Origin: a virus
Taxonomy: Duplodnaviria > Caudoviricetes
Direction: 5' to 3' (one strand)
IMG/VR virus record: IMGVR_UViG_3300044806_000037
Coordinates: 1-56,974 of that record
DNA length: 56,974 nt
In this document: positions 44,649 to 55,364 of the stretch, in pieces
Layout of the letters: every line of letters begins with the position of its first letter
Position numbering within the stretch: the stretch's first letter is position 1
Position numbers and translations under genes: made by a program
The notes under the pieces: generated by a model
The model's input: only the letters and a program-made list of their open reading frames with translations
Told to the model about the DNA's origin: nothing
Database searches by the model: none

Positions 44649-45043
44649 TCGTTATCCCACTTTGTTGTTGGAGAAACTACCATAAAGGTTTCAAAAGAAT
44701 CAACCATGTCATCCTGATTTGCTTCATCCTGAAGCATTTTAGCTTGTGCGCGAAGTTCTGCACCAAGCTTGGCTCCGTCGGTTGTGAAGTCGTAGGTTTT
44801 GATAACCTTGTTGATTAGGGCTTCAGAGGTGGCTAGGACAAGCTTGGCTTGTGCTGCGGCGCGCTTAACGTTGTTGCCATAAAGCACGAGGAATGCCTGG
44901 ATTTGGGAATCCCCGAAAAGGTAGGCCGGTGTTGCTTCAGGGTCTCTCGGGTCGTCTAGTTGCTCTACGTCGGGAATTAGAAGTCGAACCTGACCTACGG
45001 CTGTTGAGTAGTCTGGTGGGGTAATGTCTGGAATGATTGCCAT
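44639..45043 (-). CDS. head-to-tail adaptor
   Basis: DYSTAVGQVRLLIPD...FGDSQIQAFL..NVKRAAA..TDGAK. Confidence 0.75.
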   Translation of the reverse strand: MAIIPDITPPDYSTAVGQVRLLIPDVEQLDDPRDPEATPAYLFGDSQIQAFLVLYGNNVKRAAAQAKLVLATSEALINKVIKTYDFTTDGAKLGAELRAQAKMLQDEANQDDMVDSFETFMVVSPTTKWDNDWL

Positions 45044-45063
45044 TGTCTAATTATACCTTATTG

Positions 45064-47034
45064 TTATGTGTTTTCTGAATTTTGTGGCCTCATTTGCACA
45101 GCCAGCCAATTTACAACTACTGGAGTATTGTTTGGAATAGCCACGTTATCTATTGTTTTGAGAGTTATGGTCATTGTTGTAGTTGTAACGTTAGAAACTG
45201 TGGCTAAAATATTTTTCACATCTGTAGTTAGGGTGATTATTGGTTGGTCAGCAAATGGAATTTCTGTAGTGTCTGCAACAAAACTTATGTTGTTGGTTAC
45301 CTTCTCAGCAGAACCGGATCCATATATTAGCTGCCTACCTGCCACCATATTAAATGGTGTTCCGCCAATTCCAGGAGCGGCTACTGTTCCGTTTTGTATT
45401 TCTTCCTGGAGCGTGTCTTGAACTGCGGTTCCAACGTTAGATGAAGTAACCAAGGTAACCCATTCAAAATGGTAATCAACATCGCTTACTTTTGCTAAAA
45501 CCTGATCTCTGCTTCCGCCAATTGGAAGTCCGATTCCATCGTTTCCATCAACACCTCTGACGACAAATCTTATAAAATCTGCTTCGTTATCAACAAAAAC
45601 TTGATTATAATTTTTTCCAGTATTATAATCTGTGAATTCTCCGTTTGGGTCATAATCTTGATACCAGTTTAACTGCTCACTAACTGCGATTTCATAAGCA
45701 CTTAATCCAATGTCACCTTGCGGACCAGTCGGCCCACGAGGCCCCTCAATGCCACGTTCGCCTTGAGGACCTTTTACATAACCAGCATTTGTGTCTGTAG
45801 AAAAAGAATCAGTAGCTGGGTCGTATATTCTGTATACTAAATAGCCGTCTTCTAACCTAAAAGATGCTGCATACTTGCCTTGAACACCTTGAATGCCTTG
45901 CTCGCCTTGGGGTCCTTGGTCACCAGTGTCACCCTTTTCTCCTGCTGGAATTCCAAAGTTAAGAACATTTATTTCAGAACCATAATCCCCTGTTCGCGTA
46001 ATGTTCACATACGGATTTTCATAAGATTCAAGGACTGTAGCCGAACCGGCCTGAACTGAGCCAATCTCGCCTTGAGGGCCTCTTACGTAACCAACCTCTT
46101 CCCACCCAGTTCCGTCTGTTTTATAGAGACTTAATATTCCATCTTCTACATTTGCACTGGTATAACCAGGCCCACGAACATCCCCAGAAACAGATATAGA
46201 TGTGTCATCACTCATGTTGAGGGTCATTGAGCCATATGCGCTAACGCTCGCGCTTTCAATGTATGGCGCATCTTGGCCGTCATAACCAACAACTCGGCCC
46301 AGATTTTCGCTAGTGCCATTATCGTAAAATAATGTAAGGTTATTGTTATAAATTTCAGCATCTTGGATTGAAACTCCAGTATCACCCTTTTGCCCCTTAA
46401 GTGAGGCGATCCACTCAGATTCAGAACCCACAAAACCATTTTGCAAAGCTACAACATAAGCTGAATCACCAGCACCAGAACCCGGAGCACCCTGTGGACC
46501 ACGAGGACCTTCTGCGCCTTGAGGACCCGGAGGGCCGCCAGGAGTTCCTGGGGGCCCTTCTGGTCCTTGAGGGCCAACGTCGCCCCTGTCGCCCTTTACA
46601 TACAGCACACCATTGGAATCTTGCAAAGGCATAGCGCTAGTTAAATCAATGGTTTCTCCAGCCTCAACACTGAATGAGTAAGAAGGGATTGGCCTTGTCG
46701 GCACACCGAGTTCGTCGGTTAGGCGGAAGTCTACCGTCCATGTCCAGTCGACGGGGTTGTTTTCTGCAATGTTAGTCGCTAAAAGTTTTACCCCAACAGA
46801 ATCGTCGATTCCTAAAATATTTCCGCCTGAATCAAGCTGGCATTCAACGGTCGCTGGCAGGAATGTTAAGTCTTCTTCTGCGTTTACGATGAAAGCTGGG
46901 GAGGGGGTGAAGAGGACTGTTCCGCCCGCAGCAACCCAGTCAAGATCAGAGTTTTCATCAGAGCCGTCGGTGTAGGCAAGTAAGAACCTGCCAGTGACGG
47001 TCCCGTAAGCGTTTTGAATTGGCGGGTTTACCAT
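45064..47034 (-). CDS. collagen-like fibre protein with an N-terminal beta-sandwich anchor domain
   Basis: Several Gly-X-Y blocks; SAY.VA...GF.G.E.EW..SL motif; C-terminal NWLAV (H-type lectin-like). Confidence 0.75.
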   Translation of the reverse strand: MVNPPIQNAYGTVTGRFLLAYTDGSDENSDLDWVAAGGTVLFTPSPAFIVNAEEDLTFLPATVECQLDSGGNILGIDDSVGVKLLATNIAENNPVDWTWTVDFRLTDELGVPTRPIPSYSFSVEAGETIDLTSAMPLQDSNGVLYVKGDRGDVGPQGPEGPPGTPGGPPGPQGAEGPRGPQGAPGSGAGDSAYVVALQNGFVGSESEWIASLKGQKGDTGVSIQDAEIYNNNLTLFYDNGTSENLGRVVGYDGQDAPYIESASVSAYGSMTLNMSDDTSISVSGDVRGPGYTSANVEDGILSLYKTDGTGWEEVGYVRGPQGEIGSVQAGSATVLESYENPYVNITRTGDYGSEINVLNFGIPAGEKGDTGDQGPQGEQGIQGVQGKYAASFRLEDGYLVYRIYDPATDSFSTDTNAGYVKGPQGERGIEGPRGPTGPQGDIGLSAYEIAVSEQLNWYQDYDPNGEFTDYNTGKNYNQVFVDNEADFIRFVVRGVDGNDGIGLPIGGSRDQVLAKVSDVDYHFEWVTLVTSSNVGTAVQDTLQEEIQNGTVAAPGIGGTPFNMVAGRQLIYGSGSAEKVTNNISFVADTTEIPFADQPIITLTTDVKNILATVSNVTTTTMTITLKTIDNVAIPNNTPVVVNWLAVQMRPQNSENT

Positions 47035-47036
47035 TG

Positions 47037-47441
47037 TTACACCTGTGCTATATCAGCTAAGTCTTCTGTGGTTCCACCAATAACATGGAATGAGAACGAG
47101 TCTACTCCACGGGTTGGGATTCCTTCAGCGTCAGTTAGTCTGAAGTCTGCTTGCCAAGTCCAGTCGCTCGGCACATTGTTTTGATTGTCTGTTGCTAAAA
47201 GCTTTACGTTAATGTAACCCTGAGCATCTAACTGTGCTTCAACAGTGGCCGGCATAAATGTCACATTCAGCGTAGAGTTCTTCAAGAAAGCCGGTGACGG
47301 AGTGAATAGGACAGAGCCCTTACAAGCAACCCAGTCAAGATCGGTATCACCATCTGGCCCATCAGTATAGGCGAGCAAGAACCTTCCGGTTATTGTGCCG
47401 TAGGTTATGTTTTGATTTGAGGGCTGATTTGTGATAGTCAT
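47037..47441 (-). CDS. stand-alone paralog of the fibre N-terminal domain
   Basis: YGTITGRFLLAYTDG.D...DLDWVA..G.VLFTPSPAF nearly identical to the N-terminus of the next gene. Confidence 0.75.
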   Translation of the reverse strand: MTITNQPSNQNITYGTITGRFLLAYTDGPDGDTDLDWVACKGSVLFTPSPAFLKNSTLNVTFMPATVEAQLDAQGYINVKLLATDNQNNVPSDWTWQADFRLTDAEGIPTRGVDSFSFHVIGGTTEDLADIAQV

Positions 47442-47455
47442 ACACTAATTATACC

Positions 47456-49789
47456 TTACTTAGCTTCTAAAGCTTCTAGTCTGGCAGTCAAGTCCGCAAT
47501 TTGTGTTGCCTGGTGTCGGGCAACAGCCTGTAATGCAGTAACATACATGCTGTAATGAATACCCTCAATTGAACCGTTTTTACCGTAGTCAACTAGCTGA
47601 GTTAAACCTGCATCATGCAAGTCTTCAGCAATCATACCTAGCTCGATTGGGGCTTGGTCGCCAAGTTCTTCAACTGCGCTAATGTATCTAAAGAACTTTG
47701 GTTCGATCTCTAGCACGGCGTCGACGTTTATTTCGGCCCCTGTAATGTCTTGTTTTCTTTCACGGCTTGACGAGGCGTAACCGAAAACACCAGCAGAGCT
47801 CATCCACATGGCGCGACGAGTGGTAGTAATTTCGTTTGCGTAGGTGTCGTTGGAGTCTAGTAGCCCACCGAACTGAACTGTTCCACCACCAGAACCATTT
47901 AGAACGAGGGTCGCACCAACACCGTTAGTTAGGACCTCAATCTCGTTATTATCAATTCTTAAGTTGGTGCTAGAAGTTTCACCGATCTGGAAGTTGTGGT
48001 CTGTAGATGTTGCTGAAAGGTCTACAGCTGGGTTTAGTCTAATCCTAGAAGCGTTTACAGAACCGCCAAGAGTTAAATCGCCACCAGCATTAAATGTTAC
48101 ACGAGTATTTGTGCCTTCAATAAAGCGCAAGTCTGGTGTGCTAGTTGAACCAAAAGCGTCAATACCCCAAGCCATTTCATTGTCCAGTGCACGAGCAAAG
48201 TCAAGTTGTCCACCTTCAGAGGCGGAGTTGGTGCGGTGAAGCTTTGCATCAACGTTAGGCATGATGCCGGCTTCTTCAAGGGTCTTGTTTTCCCACAGGT
48301 TAGAAGCAGTGCGTTGGATTACTTCACCAGTTGCTGGCGAGCTAATCAGAACATCATGCAGCTCATTCAACTCGAAACCGTTTTGAGGCTTAACAAAGAT
48401 CTCACCATTGTTAGAGTTTGACCTTGTAACAACACCGATGAATACGAGATGTGCTGGTGCGACTGGCTTGTTTGCCAAACCATAAATTAGGTTGCCATTG
48501 GTCCCAAGCCACACAGGGTCGCCAGCTGTGGCTGTAGATGTGTCAAGTCCGGAAAGTAAACCTTCAGCGATTAACTTCACTTTAGCGTTAGTTGAACCAC
48601 CTAGTTCAAGCAATCCCATAGTCTTTGAAGATGTGGCCTCCGAAGCGTTAGAAGCCTTAGAGACAATCATGTTTGTGCCGTCAGCAGAGCTTACATAAAC
48701 AGCTTGACCTTTAGAAATTGATTCGCCCAGTTTAACTTCGTGCTTAACTTGCGAAGTCCAGTTGGCGTAGTTGTCAATCCAGGTAGTGCTGTAGTCTGTT
48801 CCGTCAAGCTTTGCAAGGATTTGTCCAGCATCTCCGCCGGTTGGAATACCAACGCCAGGGTCGCCTTGAGGCCCAGTTGCACCATCGGCACCGTCGGCAC
48901 CTGCGGATCCTGTAGGACCAGTTTCGCCTTGAATGCCTTGCTCCCCTTGAATACCCTGTGGACCCGTAGGCCCAGTGGGGCCAGTGGCTCCAGTTTCACC
49001 TTGCGGGCCTGTGGGACCTGTAGCGCCGTCTGCGCCATCAGTTCCGTCAATTCCATCCGCACCAGCTGGTCCAGGCTCGCCTTGAGGCCCCTGAGGGCCT
49101 GTTTCACCAGTTAAACCGTTCTCGCCCTGGACACCTCGCTCACCCTCCGGCCCCTGTGGGCCAACCAAGCTAGCAAGCCACTCAGTCTCAGTGCCTGTGA
49201 ACCCTTCAACCTGCGCAACCTGATAAGCACTAAGTCCAGTTAGTCCATCTGATCCAGCCGGTCCTTGAGGACCAGTCGCACCTGTCGCACCAGTAGCCCC
49301 AGTCGCACCTGTCTCGCCCTGGATTCCTTGGGGACCAGTAGGCCCCACTTCACCCTGTGGACCAGTAGCACCAGTTGCACCTGTAGCTCCGTCAGCTCCG
49401 GGTTGTCCATCTGCACCATCAGCTCCCGCTGGGCCCTGAGCCCCATTCTCACCTTGAATACCTTGAATACCTTGCTCACCCTGAATACCCTGCTCTCCTT
49501 GAGGCCCTTGCGGACCAGTTTCACCTTGCGGACCCTGCGCGCCATCAGCGCCATCAGCCCCATCAATACCAGGCTCACCCTGCAAACCCTGTGGCCCAGT
49601 CGGACCGGCAGGACCTTCCGGCCCCTGTGGCCCAGTCGGACCAGGTGTGCCAGTAGAAGAAGTAGAGTCTCCCCCACCACCGCCACCGCCACCAATAGGA
49701 CGCTTATCAAGCTTCTTAATTTCGCGCTCGACAGTATCGGCCCAGTCTTGCGACCCGCCTGGAAGATTATTGTCTGGAAAGATTATCAT
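47456..49789 (-). CDS. collagen-repeat fibre protein with a C-terminal S74-type intramolecular chaperone
   Basis: About 250 aa of Gly-X-Y; [32 protein letters not shown]. Confidence 0.85.
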   Translation of the reverse strand: MIIFPDNNLPGGSQDWADTVEREIKKLDKRPIGGGGGGGGDSTSSTGTPGPTGPQGPEGPAGPTGPQGLQGEPGIDGADGADGAQGPQGETGPQGPQGEQGIQGEQGIQGIQGENGAQGPAGADGADGQPGADGATGATGATGPQGEVGPTGPQGIQGETGATGATGATGATGPQGPAGSDGLTGLSAYQVAQVEGFTGTETEWLASLVGPQGPEGERGVQGENGLTGETGPQGPQGEPGPAGADGIDGTDGADGATGPTGPQGETGATGPTGPTGPQGIQGEQGIQGETGPTGSAGADGADGATGPQGDPGVGIPTGGDAGQILAKLDGTDYSTTWIDNYANWTSQVKHEVKLGESISKGQAVYVSSADGTNMIVSKASNASEATSSKTMGLLELGGSTNAKVKLIAEGLLSGLDTSTATAGDPVWLGTNGNLIYGLANKPVAPAHLVFIGVVTRSNSNNGEIFVKPQNGFELNELHDVLISSPATGEVIQRTASNLWENKTLEEAGIMPNVDAKLHRTNSASEGGQLDFARALDNEMAWGIDAFGSTSTPDLRFIEGTNTRVTFNAGGDLTLGGSVNASRIRLNPAVDLSATSTDHNFQIGETSSTNLRIDNNEIEVLTNGVGATLVLNGSGGGTVQFGGLLDSNDTYANEITTTRRAMWMSSAGVFGYASSSRERKQDITGAEINVDAVLEIEPKFFRYISAVEELGDQAPIELGMIAEDLHDAGLTQLVDYGKNGSIEGIHYSMYVTALQAVARHQATQIADLTARLEALEAK

Positions 49790-49805
49790 CCTCCAATTCT
49801 ACCAC

Positions 49806-49867
49806 AAAAAAGCGCCACCCTGGAGTAAAAACTCAACAGGGTGGCAGTCGCGAAGGAGGCGCGCGAC
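49806..49867 (-). ncRNA. predicted 62-nt sRNA with an anti-SD loop
   Basis: TGcTATAAT promoter (49874-49882), hairpin GUCGCG-CGCCUCCUU-CGCGAC, terminator GCCACCCUG/CAGGGUGGC plus U6. Confidence 0.6.
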
Positions 49868-49885
49868 AATACTATTATAGCAGGT

Positions 49886-49917
49886 AAAAGAAAACCCCCA
49901 CCGAAGTGGGGGCTTTC
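49886..49917 (-). terminator. intrinsic terminator after the major capsid gene
   Basis: GCCCCCAC-TTCG-GTGGGGGT followed by TTTCTTTT. Confidence 0.85.
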
Positions 49918-49929
49918 ATTGTGAAGCTA

Positions 49930-51039
49930 TTAGCTAGCGGCACCAGTCGAAGCGATGGTTCCGGTTGGAAGCAAGAAGCCACCAGTAGCAATGTGACGGA
50001 TTCTCATCTCGAAGTCGTCGTTGTCGAACGAACCTTCGCGAGCTGGAACCTGGCCACCACCAAGGTATAGACCCGAGTTTGCCTTCACGCGAAGCTCTGG
50101 AGCTTCGTGTCCGCGTAGGAAACCAAGAACGATACCTGGGTTGATTGTGTCCGAAGGCACAGGTAGCAAGAACCACATCTTGTCAGCGTTGCTGTTGTTG
50201 TAGATCTTCTTAATCCAAGGGTTTACAACGATCTGGATCGAAGAAGCAATTGGGTTACCCGAAACAGTCGAAGTAACAGTGCTTCCCGAAGTGATCTCGT
50301 TGCGAACCTGCTGGATAGCAAGGATCTTCTTAGCAGTTAGCTCAAGAGCCTGTGGCACAACAAGCACGAAACGGCTTAGAGGTGTTACAGAGTTACCATT
50401 GTAGGTCTGAACGTTTGCTGCGGTGATAGCTGCCTCAAGAGCCTCTAGCGATAGAACTGGGTTGCCCGAAAGCAAGTTCTGGTTACCAGACTTGAAGTTG
50501 TCGGTGTTTAGACCAGAAGCGCCAACAAGCTGCTTCGTAACTTCTTCGTCTTCCTTGCCAGCAGCCTTGCGGGCTAGCTCCAAAGGTAGACGCTCTAGTA
50601 GCGAGATGTTGCCATCGTTAACGATTGATTCCCATGAGAAACGAACGCGCGAACCGGCCTTCTTCACAGAGAACTCAGCCTCTGAGAAAGAGAACCAACC
50701 AGCGGTAGGATACTCGTCGTATTCGCCAACAGTTGGAAGCGAACCATTGCGGAACTTGTCGCCAGCGTTGTCAAGACCTTCGTCTTCGTAAGCTAGGTTC
50801 ATGTATTGCTGTGGGCGGAAGTCATCAACAACAAGCTTGGTAGCGAAAGCGTCCCAAACCTTTGGCTGCTCTGCATAGTTTGCAAGCATAATCTTGTTGA
50901 TGGTTGGGGCAAGCTGAACTGGCAGGTCAGAGGTAGAGATACCTTCCTGTAGCTTTAGCTTGTCCATGCGGTCACCGCGTAGAGCACCTTCGAGGAGCTT
51001 TGCGGCTTCAACCTGGCGGGTTGTAATGTTTTCAGTCAT
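49930..51039 (-). CDS. major capsid protein
   Basis: EGISTSDLP..VDDFRP..LPTVGEYDEY..SWESIVND..GFLRGHEAPE..FDNDDFEMRIRH; position and codon bias. Confidence 0.9.
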   Translation of the reverse strand: MTENITTRQVEAAKLLEGALRGDRMDKLKLQEGISTSDLPVQLAPTINKIMLANYAEQPKVWDAFATKLVVDDFRPQQYMNLAYEDEGLDNAGDKFRNGSLPTVGEYDEYPTAGWFSFSEAEFSVKKAGSRVRFSWESIVNDGNISLLERLPLELARKAAGKEDEEVTKQLVGASGLNTDNFKSGNQNLLSGNPVLSLEALEAAITAANVQTYNGNSVTPLSRFVLVVPQALELTAKKILAIQQVRNEITSGSTVTSTVSGNPIASSIQIVVNPWIKKIYNNSNADKMWFLLPVPSDTINPGIVLGFLRGHEAPELRVKANSGLYLGGGQVPAREGSFDNDDFEMRIRHIATGGFLLPTGTIASTGAAS

Positions 51040-51051
51040 TTTTACCTATCC

Positions 51052-51378
51052 TTAGTTCTGGTGTAGGCGAACGACTACATAGCCGGTGCCTGCCTTGATA
51101 GCGTGACCAATAAGCTTGTTGCTTGTGCTGGTAGTGGTAACAACGCCTGCGCTGCTAACATATACCTTTGCACCAACAGAAATTGTGTCTTCGGTTTCTA
51201 GTTTGAATGCGCCAGTAAGCTTAAGGGTAGCGTAAGTGTTGCCATCCTCGCCTTCTTTTGCGTCGTGCTCGGCAATACCAACAATCTGACCAACCTGAAC
51301 TAGATCTCCCGAAACAACGGTGTCTGCTACAGGAAAGACCAGGCTATTAGCTACTGCATAAATCTCGTTAAGAGCCAT
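51052..51378 (-). CDS. DUF2190-like capsid decoration protein
   Basis: VVSGDLVQVGQIVGIA...GAF....GAKVY..N.LIGHA. Confidence 0.8.
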   Translation of the reverse strand: MALNEIYAVANSLVFPVADTVVSGDLVQVGQIVGIAEHDAKEGEDGNTYATLKLTGAFKLETEDTISVGAKVYVSSAGVVTTTSTSNKLIGHAIKAGTGYVVVRLHQN

Positions 51379-51391
51379 GATTTACCTTTCT

Positions 51392-52348
51392 TTACTTACC
51401 AAGCATACGAGAAACAACGCTGTCGAAGTCCTCTGCTAGGGTTGTGGTTGACTTTGCAGCCGACTCGTGGACAACGCCAGCGGTCTCGGTAGCAACAGGG
51501 GTGATAGCTTCTGTCAACGAAGCAGCGTAAGCCTTTTCGCTTTCAAGTAGCTCGTCAAGTGACTTGACGTTGGTCTCAACGCTAAGAGCCTCAGCTACAC
51601 GCTGAAGGGCAATCTTAGGTAGACCTGATTCGTTGAACTTCTCTGCAATGTCTAGTGCGCTAAGAGCAGGAACTTCCTGGCCCTCTTCGCTCTCGACAGG
51701 CTTTGCAGCTTCTACCAACACCGAGACAGACTCGACTACAGGTAGTAGTGCCTCAACGAAGGCAGTTTTGAGGTCAGCAATTGCTGCATCAAATTCTTCC
51801 TTAGTAATGGACATACCATTTCCTTCCGTTAGTGATTCGGTAACTTCTGTTAACGATTCTCTTGTGTAACTTTCGAGGAGAGTAAGAAACTTACCCCCAG
51901 CTCCGGCTACGGTGACAACATCGACGCTAGTCAAAGGATCTTCAATCAGCGACTCGACGATAGGGCCTTGTCGACCCTCTGCTTCTCCAAGCTTGGCATC
52001 GCCAAAAGCGTGGATCGACAAACCTACATCTCCAGCCATCTCACGGATAACCGGAGCGTAACTAGAGTAAAATTCAATATCTGCAAAAAGAGCATTCTCT
52101 TTAAAAACTGCATCGCTTACAAGTTTACCAGCAAGCTTCTGCACATCACGCTCAGGGCGGTCATTTAACCCAGGGTGATTCATGAAAACTTTTGTGCCAG
52201 CTTTAAAAACAGATGGTCCATCCGCTTCTAGCACAGACGCAGGGTAATAACCTGAAGAACCCCAGCCTGCCTCAATGATCTTGACGTGCCATTTCTTCTT
52301 GGTTTCACTGGCCTCGAAGCCAAGTGATTCACTAAGCTTAACGGTCAT
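51392..52348 (-). CDS. capsid maturation protease / scaffold fusion
   Basis: IIEAGWGSSGYY..FMNHP..RDV..GLSI..SVDVVTVAGAGG followed by an acidic helical C-terminus. Confidence 0.8.
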   Translation of the reverse strand: MTVKLSESLGFEASETKKKWHVKIIEAGWGSSGYYPASVLEADGPSVFKAGTKVFMNHPGLNDRPERDVQKLAGKLVSDAVFKENALFADIEFYSSYAPVIREMAGDVGLSIHAFGDAKLGEAEGRQGPIVESLIEDPLTSVDVVTVAGAGGKFLTLLESYTRESLTEVTESLTEGNGMSITKEEFDAAIADLKTAFVEALLPVVESVSVLVEAAKPVESEEGQEVPALSALDIAEKFNESGLPKIALQRVAEALSVETNVKSLDELLESEKAYAASLTEAITPVATETAGVVHESAAKSTTTLAEDFDSVVSRMLGK

Positions 52349-52403
52349 AAAAACTCCAATACATAAAATGTTTTTCTATATGTAATGATACCATACTCTT
52401 TTT

Positions 52404-53828
52404 TTATGCGGTTGGGTTGCCGTCCATATCGCGGAGTGTGTTATCGCTGTTAGACATTTTACCAACAGCACCAGACTGGCCTTGACCAGAAGAAGCCGGA
52501 GTATTGTTGTCGCCAGAAGAATCTTGCTGGCTGTTAGCGTTAGCTTCAAGACCATCAAGCTTAGACTGAGCCATTGGCGAAATACCCTTGTGCTGTGGCA
52601 CAACATCCAACTCGTCCAAAACAGCAGAACGGTATTCGTCTTCCCAAAGGGCCCCAGCCTCATAAGCCAACGAAATCGCTTGGATCTGACGGTAAGTAGC
52701 TTCCTGCTCCATCTTAGGCCATTTCACACCAGACTTAGCACTAGCACCAAAGAACTTCAACACGCGACCAAACAACTGCTCCCAAATCTTTTGACGAGCC
52801 TGCATAGCCTTAATGGTTGGAACATCCAAAGTCTGTGCAGTTCCGTAAGCACCAGACGAACCAGGATCCGACATAAGCGTAACAACAGAAACCTCCAAAG
52901 CAGAAGCCACCATAGCAGCCAAAGCGCGACCACTACCCAAGTCGACACTGTTAGAACGAGGCAAAGCATTCAACTCCATGTCCGAACCAGTAATAGCCAT
53001 CGAACCAGCAGCCTGTGGCGTAGCAATCGAAGCGGCAGCTTGTGTCGCACCGTTACGGCTCTTAGCTTTCAACTGCCAAGCAAACATAGCCAACGACTTT
53101 AGAATGCGAGAACCATCCTTCAAATACTCGTTATAAGCGTGAGCCCAAGGATAAGCAGAGATAGCGTCAGGCACACCCCAAATAGTTCCAGCGCGTTTGT
53201 TAACCGCAGAAGTAAACATTACCTTAGTAGGGTCAACCGGCACACCCTCAATCGAAGAAGGGAAACGACCCATAGGAGTGTAAAGGTCAGAAGGATACCA
53301 AGCCGAAACCTGAACAGGTTTGCCACCATTCTCAGGGTGACGAGTCCAAGAACGCTTGTAATAGCGCACAAACTCCATGTCATCAGGGTCTGTAACCCAG
53401 CCAGTGATCTCGTTAAACGGAATGCGCTGAAGGTTTTTGTTGCTCATGTTACCTAGAATAAAAAACTGTCCAGCAGTAAAATGTGAGTGCTCATTAATCG
53501 CCATCGCCTGCGAACTGAACAAAACAGCCTGATTTTGAGGAGACTCAATAAGTTCCTTAACACGAGCCGAAATGTTATCAAATTCGACCCCCTTACCAAA
53601 AACATAGCTTGTGCGAAGGCCCAAACCGCGCTTTAACAGCGGGTTACCATCCACACGCTCAGACAGCTCTTTAGCGATATCGTGCAACGCACCAAGGCTA
53701 AAAGCGTCTAATTCAGTGGCAAGTTCACCCAAAGGCGTCCAACCCTGGTCATCAAGAGCCAAAATAGCTCGTGCCATGTCGTTGTAAGACTCGTCAAAAA
53801 GGTCCGGATTTGTCAAAATAAGCTCCAA
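52404..53828 (-). CDS. portal protein (start possibly TTG 53816)
   Basis: DDQGW..NPLLKRGLGLRTSYVFG..WGVPD; follows the large terminase gene. Confidence 0.85.
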   Translation of the reverse strand: MELILTNPDLFDESYNDMARAILALDDQGWTPLGELATELDAFSLGALHDIAKELSERVDGNPLLKRGLGLRTSYVFGKGVEFDNISARVKELIESPQNQAVLFSSQAMAINEHSHFTAGQFFILGNMSNKNLQRIPFNEITGWVTDPDDMEFVRYYKRSWTRHPENGGKPVQVSAWYPSDLYTPMGRFPSSIEGVPVDPTKVMFTSAVNKRAGTIWGVPDAISAYPWAHAYNEYLKDGSRILKSLAMFAWQLKAKSRNGATQAAASIATPQAAGSMAITGSDMELNALPRSNSVDLGSGRALAAMVASALEVSVVTLMSDPGSSGAYGTAQTLDVPTIKAMQARQKIWEQLFGRVLKFFGASAKSGVKWPKMEQEATYRQIQAISLAYEAGALWEDEYRSAVLDELDVVPQHKGISPMAQSKLDGLEANANSQQDSSGDNNTPASSGQGQSGAVGKMSNSDNTLRDMDGNPTA

Positions 53829-53852
53829 AAAGTTAAAATATCTACTATTATT

Positions 53853-55364
53853 CTACCACGTCCACGAGTTGTAGAAAGGAAAACGCGAATCCATCATGTC
53901 AGCATCCATCAAAACCCTGTCACCAGGGCGAGAATTAGCAAACGGCGAACCCAAAAGCTTAGACATATCCAACGCCGCATACATGGCAGAGTCCAAACGG
54001 TCAGGAGACTTCATACCCCTAGAACGCATGTCATCCTTAGACTCAATCTGAATCGAACCCTTAGCACTAAACTTGTATTTAATGCCCATCATCTCGTCCA
54101 ACAAGTCCTTGTCATCCAAATCCAAATCGATCCTGCCCATAATCATGCCCTCACGCAAAGAATCATAACCAGCGGCACGGGCATTCAGCCAACGAGTGTT
54201 ATCAGGTGAAGCCGCCGAACCAATAATGCTAATAACAATATATTTGTTATCACACATAGTCGCCAACATATCCACAACCGGCGCACCCAAACCGGTAGCA
54301 TCCACACGAACCTCAGTCGCACCCAAAGCCACAGCAGCCTCGTGGACGCGGTTAGCCGACTCAACAGCGTTAGCTTTGTTCCATGTCGCATAATGGCGCA
54401 GAAGGCCCCCTCTGTTCGTGTAAATCACCGAATCGTCATCACCGAAGCGCGCCAAGTCCACACCCAACACAACCGGAATGTTCATATCCTCTTCGATCTC
54501 CAAATCCACAGCCTTATCAATAGCCTGCTGACTAAAAAACGTGGTGTCATCCTCTTCAGGGAACTCAGCCAAAATTTTAGAACGGTAACGAGCCGAATCC
54601 TCACCCCACGCAATTTTTTGACGATCCACCCACGTCGGTTGAATCAACAACGGCGTCAAATTCTCTGGAACTTTTTCCCCAGTAAAATTCGGTGTATCAA
54701 ACGCAGAAATCTGAATTTTATTCCAAGTCTCGTCCTCACGGAAAATGCGGTGAAACTCTGTGCCACGACGGTCCGGGTTACCAATCGCTAAAACACGCGA
54801 GTCAGCAGTAGTAGTAACAGCTTCAGCAGCAGTATACAAATCAGTAGGGATACCTCCAGCTTCATCAAGAACCACCATAACGTATCGACGGTGAATACCC
54901 TGGAAGGCAGAAACAATATCGGTGTCAGCAGGACGACGACCAAAACCAACCAAAGTTCCATACTCATCGTCCAACTTCCATTCCTCAGACTGGTTAATGT
55001 GCCCAGGCAAATTAAACCCACGCAAAGCCGCAGCCTTATGGTTATCCTTCAACTCACGAAACAAAACACGCGCAATCTGAGGATACGTCGGAGCCGAAGC
55101 AATCAACGCCACCTCATACGGATCATGCACCGAAACCCACCAAGCACCAGCCATACCCGCAATAGCAGACTTGCCAGCACCATTACAAGACACAACAGCA
55201 GTGTGCGTATTGTCAACAAGGGAACGCATAATATCAGCCTGCTTAGACCACACATGCTTACCCAACACATCCGCGCACCAAGCCACAGGATCCGTCAAAT
55301 ACAAAGAATTCTTAGAACGGCGCTGAATATCAGCAACCACCCCATCAATCACACCATCAATCAT
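53853..55364 (-). CDS. terL: terminase large subunit
   Basis: SCNGAGKS, APTYPQ, LDEAGG, IGNP, LGVDLARFGDD, SPDRLDS. Confidence 0.95.
   Translation of the reverse strand: MIDGVIDGVVADIQRRSKNSLYLTDPVAWCADVLGKHVWSKQADIMRSLVDNTHTAVVSCNGAGKSAIAGMAGAWWVSVHDPYEVALIASAPTYPQIARVLFRELKDNHKAAALRGFNLPGHINQSEEWKLDDEYGTLVGFGRRPADTDIVSAFQGIHRRYVMVVLDEAGGIPTDLYTAAEAVTTTADSRVLAIGNPDRRGTEFHRIFREDETWNKIQISAFDTPNFTGEKVPENLTPLLIQPTWVDRQKIAWGEDSARYRSKILAEFPEEDDTTFFSQQAIDKAVDLEIEEDMNIPVVLGVDLARFGDDDSVIYTNRGGLLRHYATWNKANAVESANRVHEAAVALGATEVRVDATGLGAPVVDMLATMCDNKYIVISIIGSAASPDNTRWLNARAAGYDSLREGMIMGRIDLDLDDKDLLDEMMGIKYKFSAKGSIQIESKDDMRSRGMKSPDRLDSAMYAALDMSKLLGSPFANSRPGDRVLMDADMMDSRFPFYNSWTW

Noticed and set aside
45064-47441. 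Diversity-generating retroelement suggested by the duplicated fibre domain
   Set aside because: No reverse transcriptase was recognised, and the duplicates look like ordinary paralogs rather than adenine-specific variants
48691-49828. Alternative-frame and antisense ORFs over the collagen repeats
   Set aside because: Artefacts of low-complexity Gly-X-Y codons
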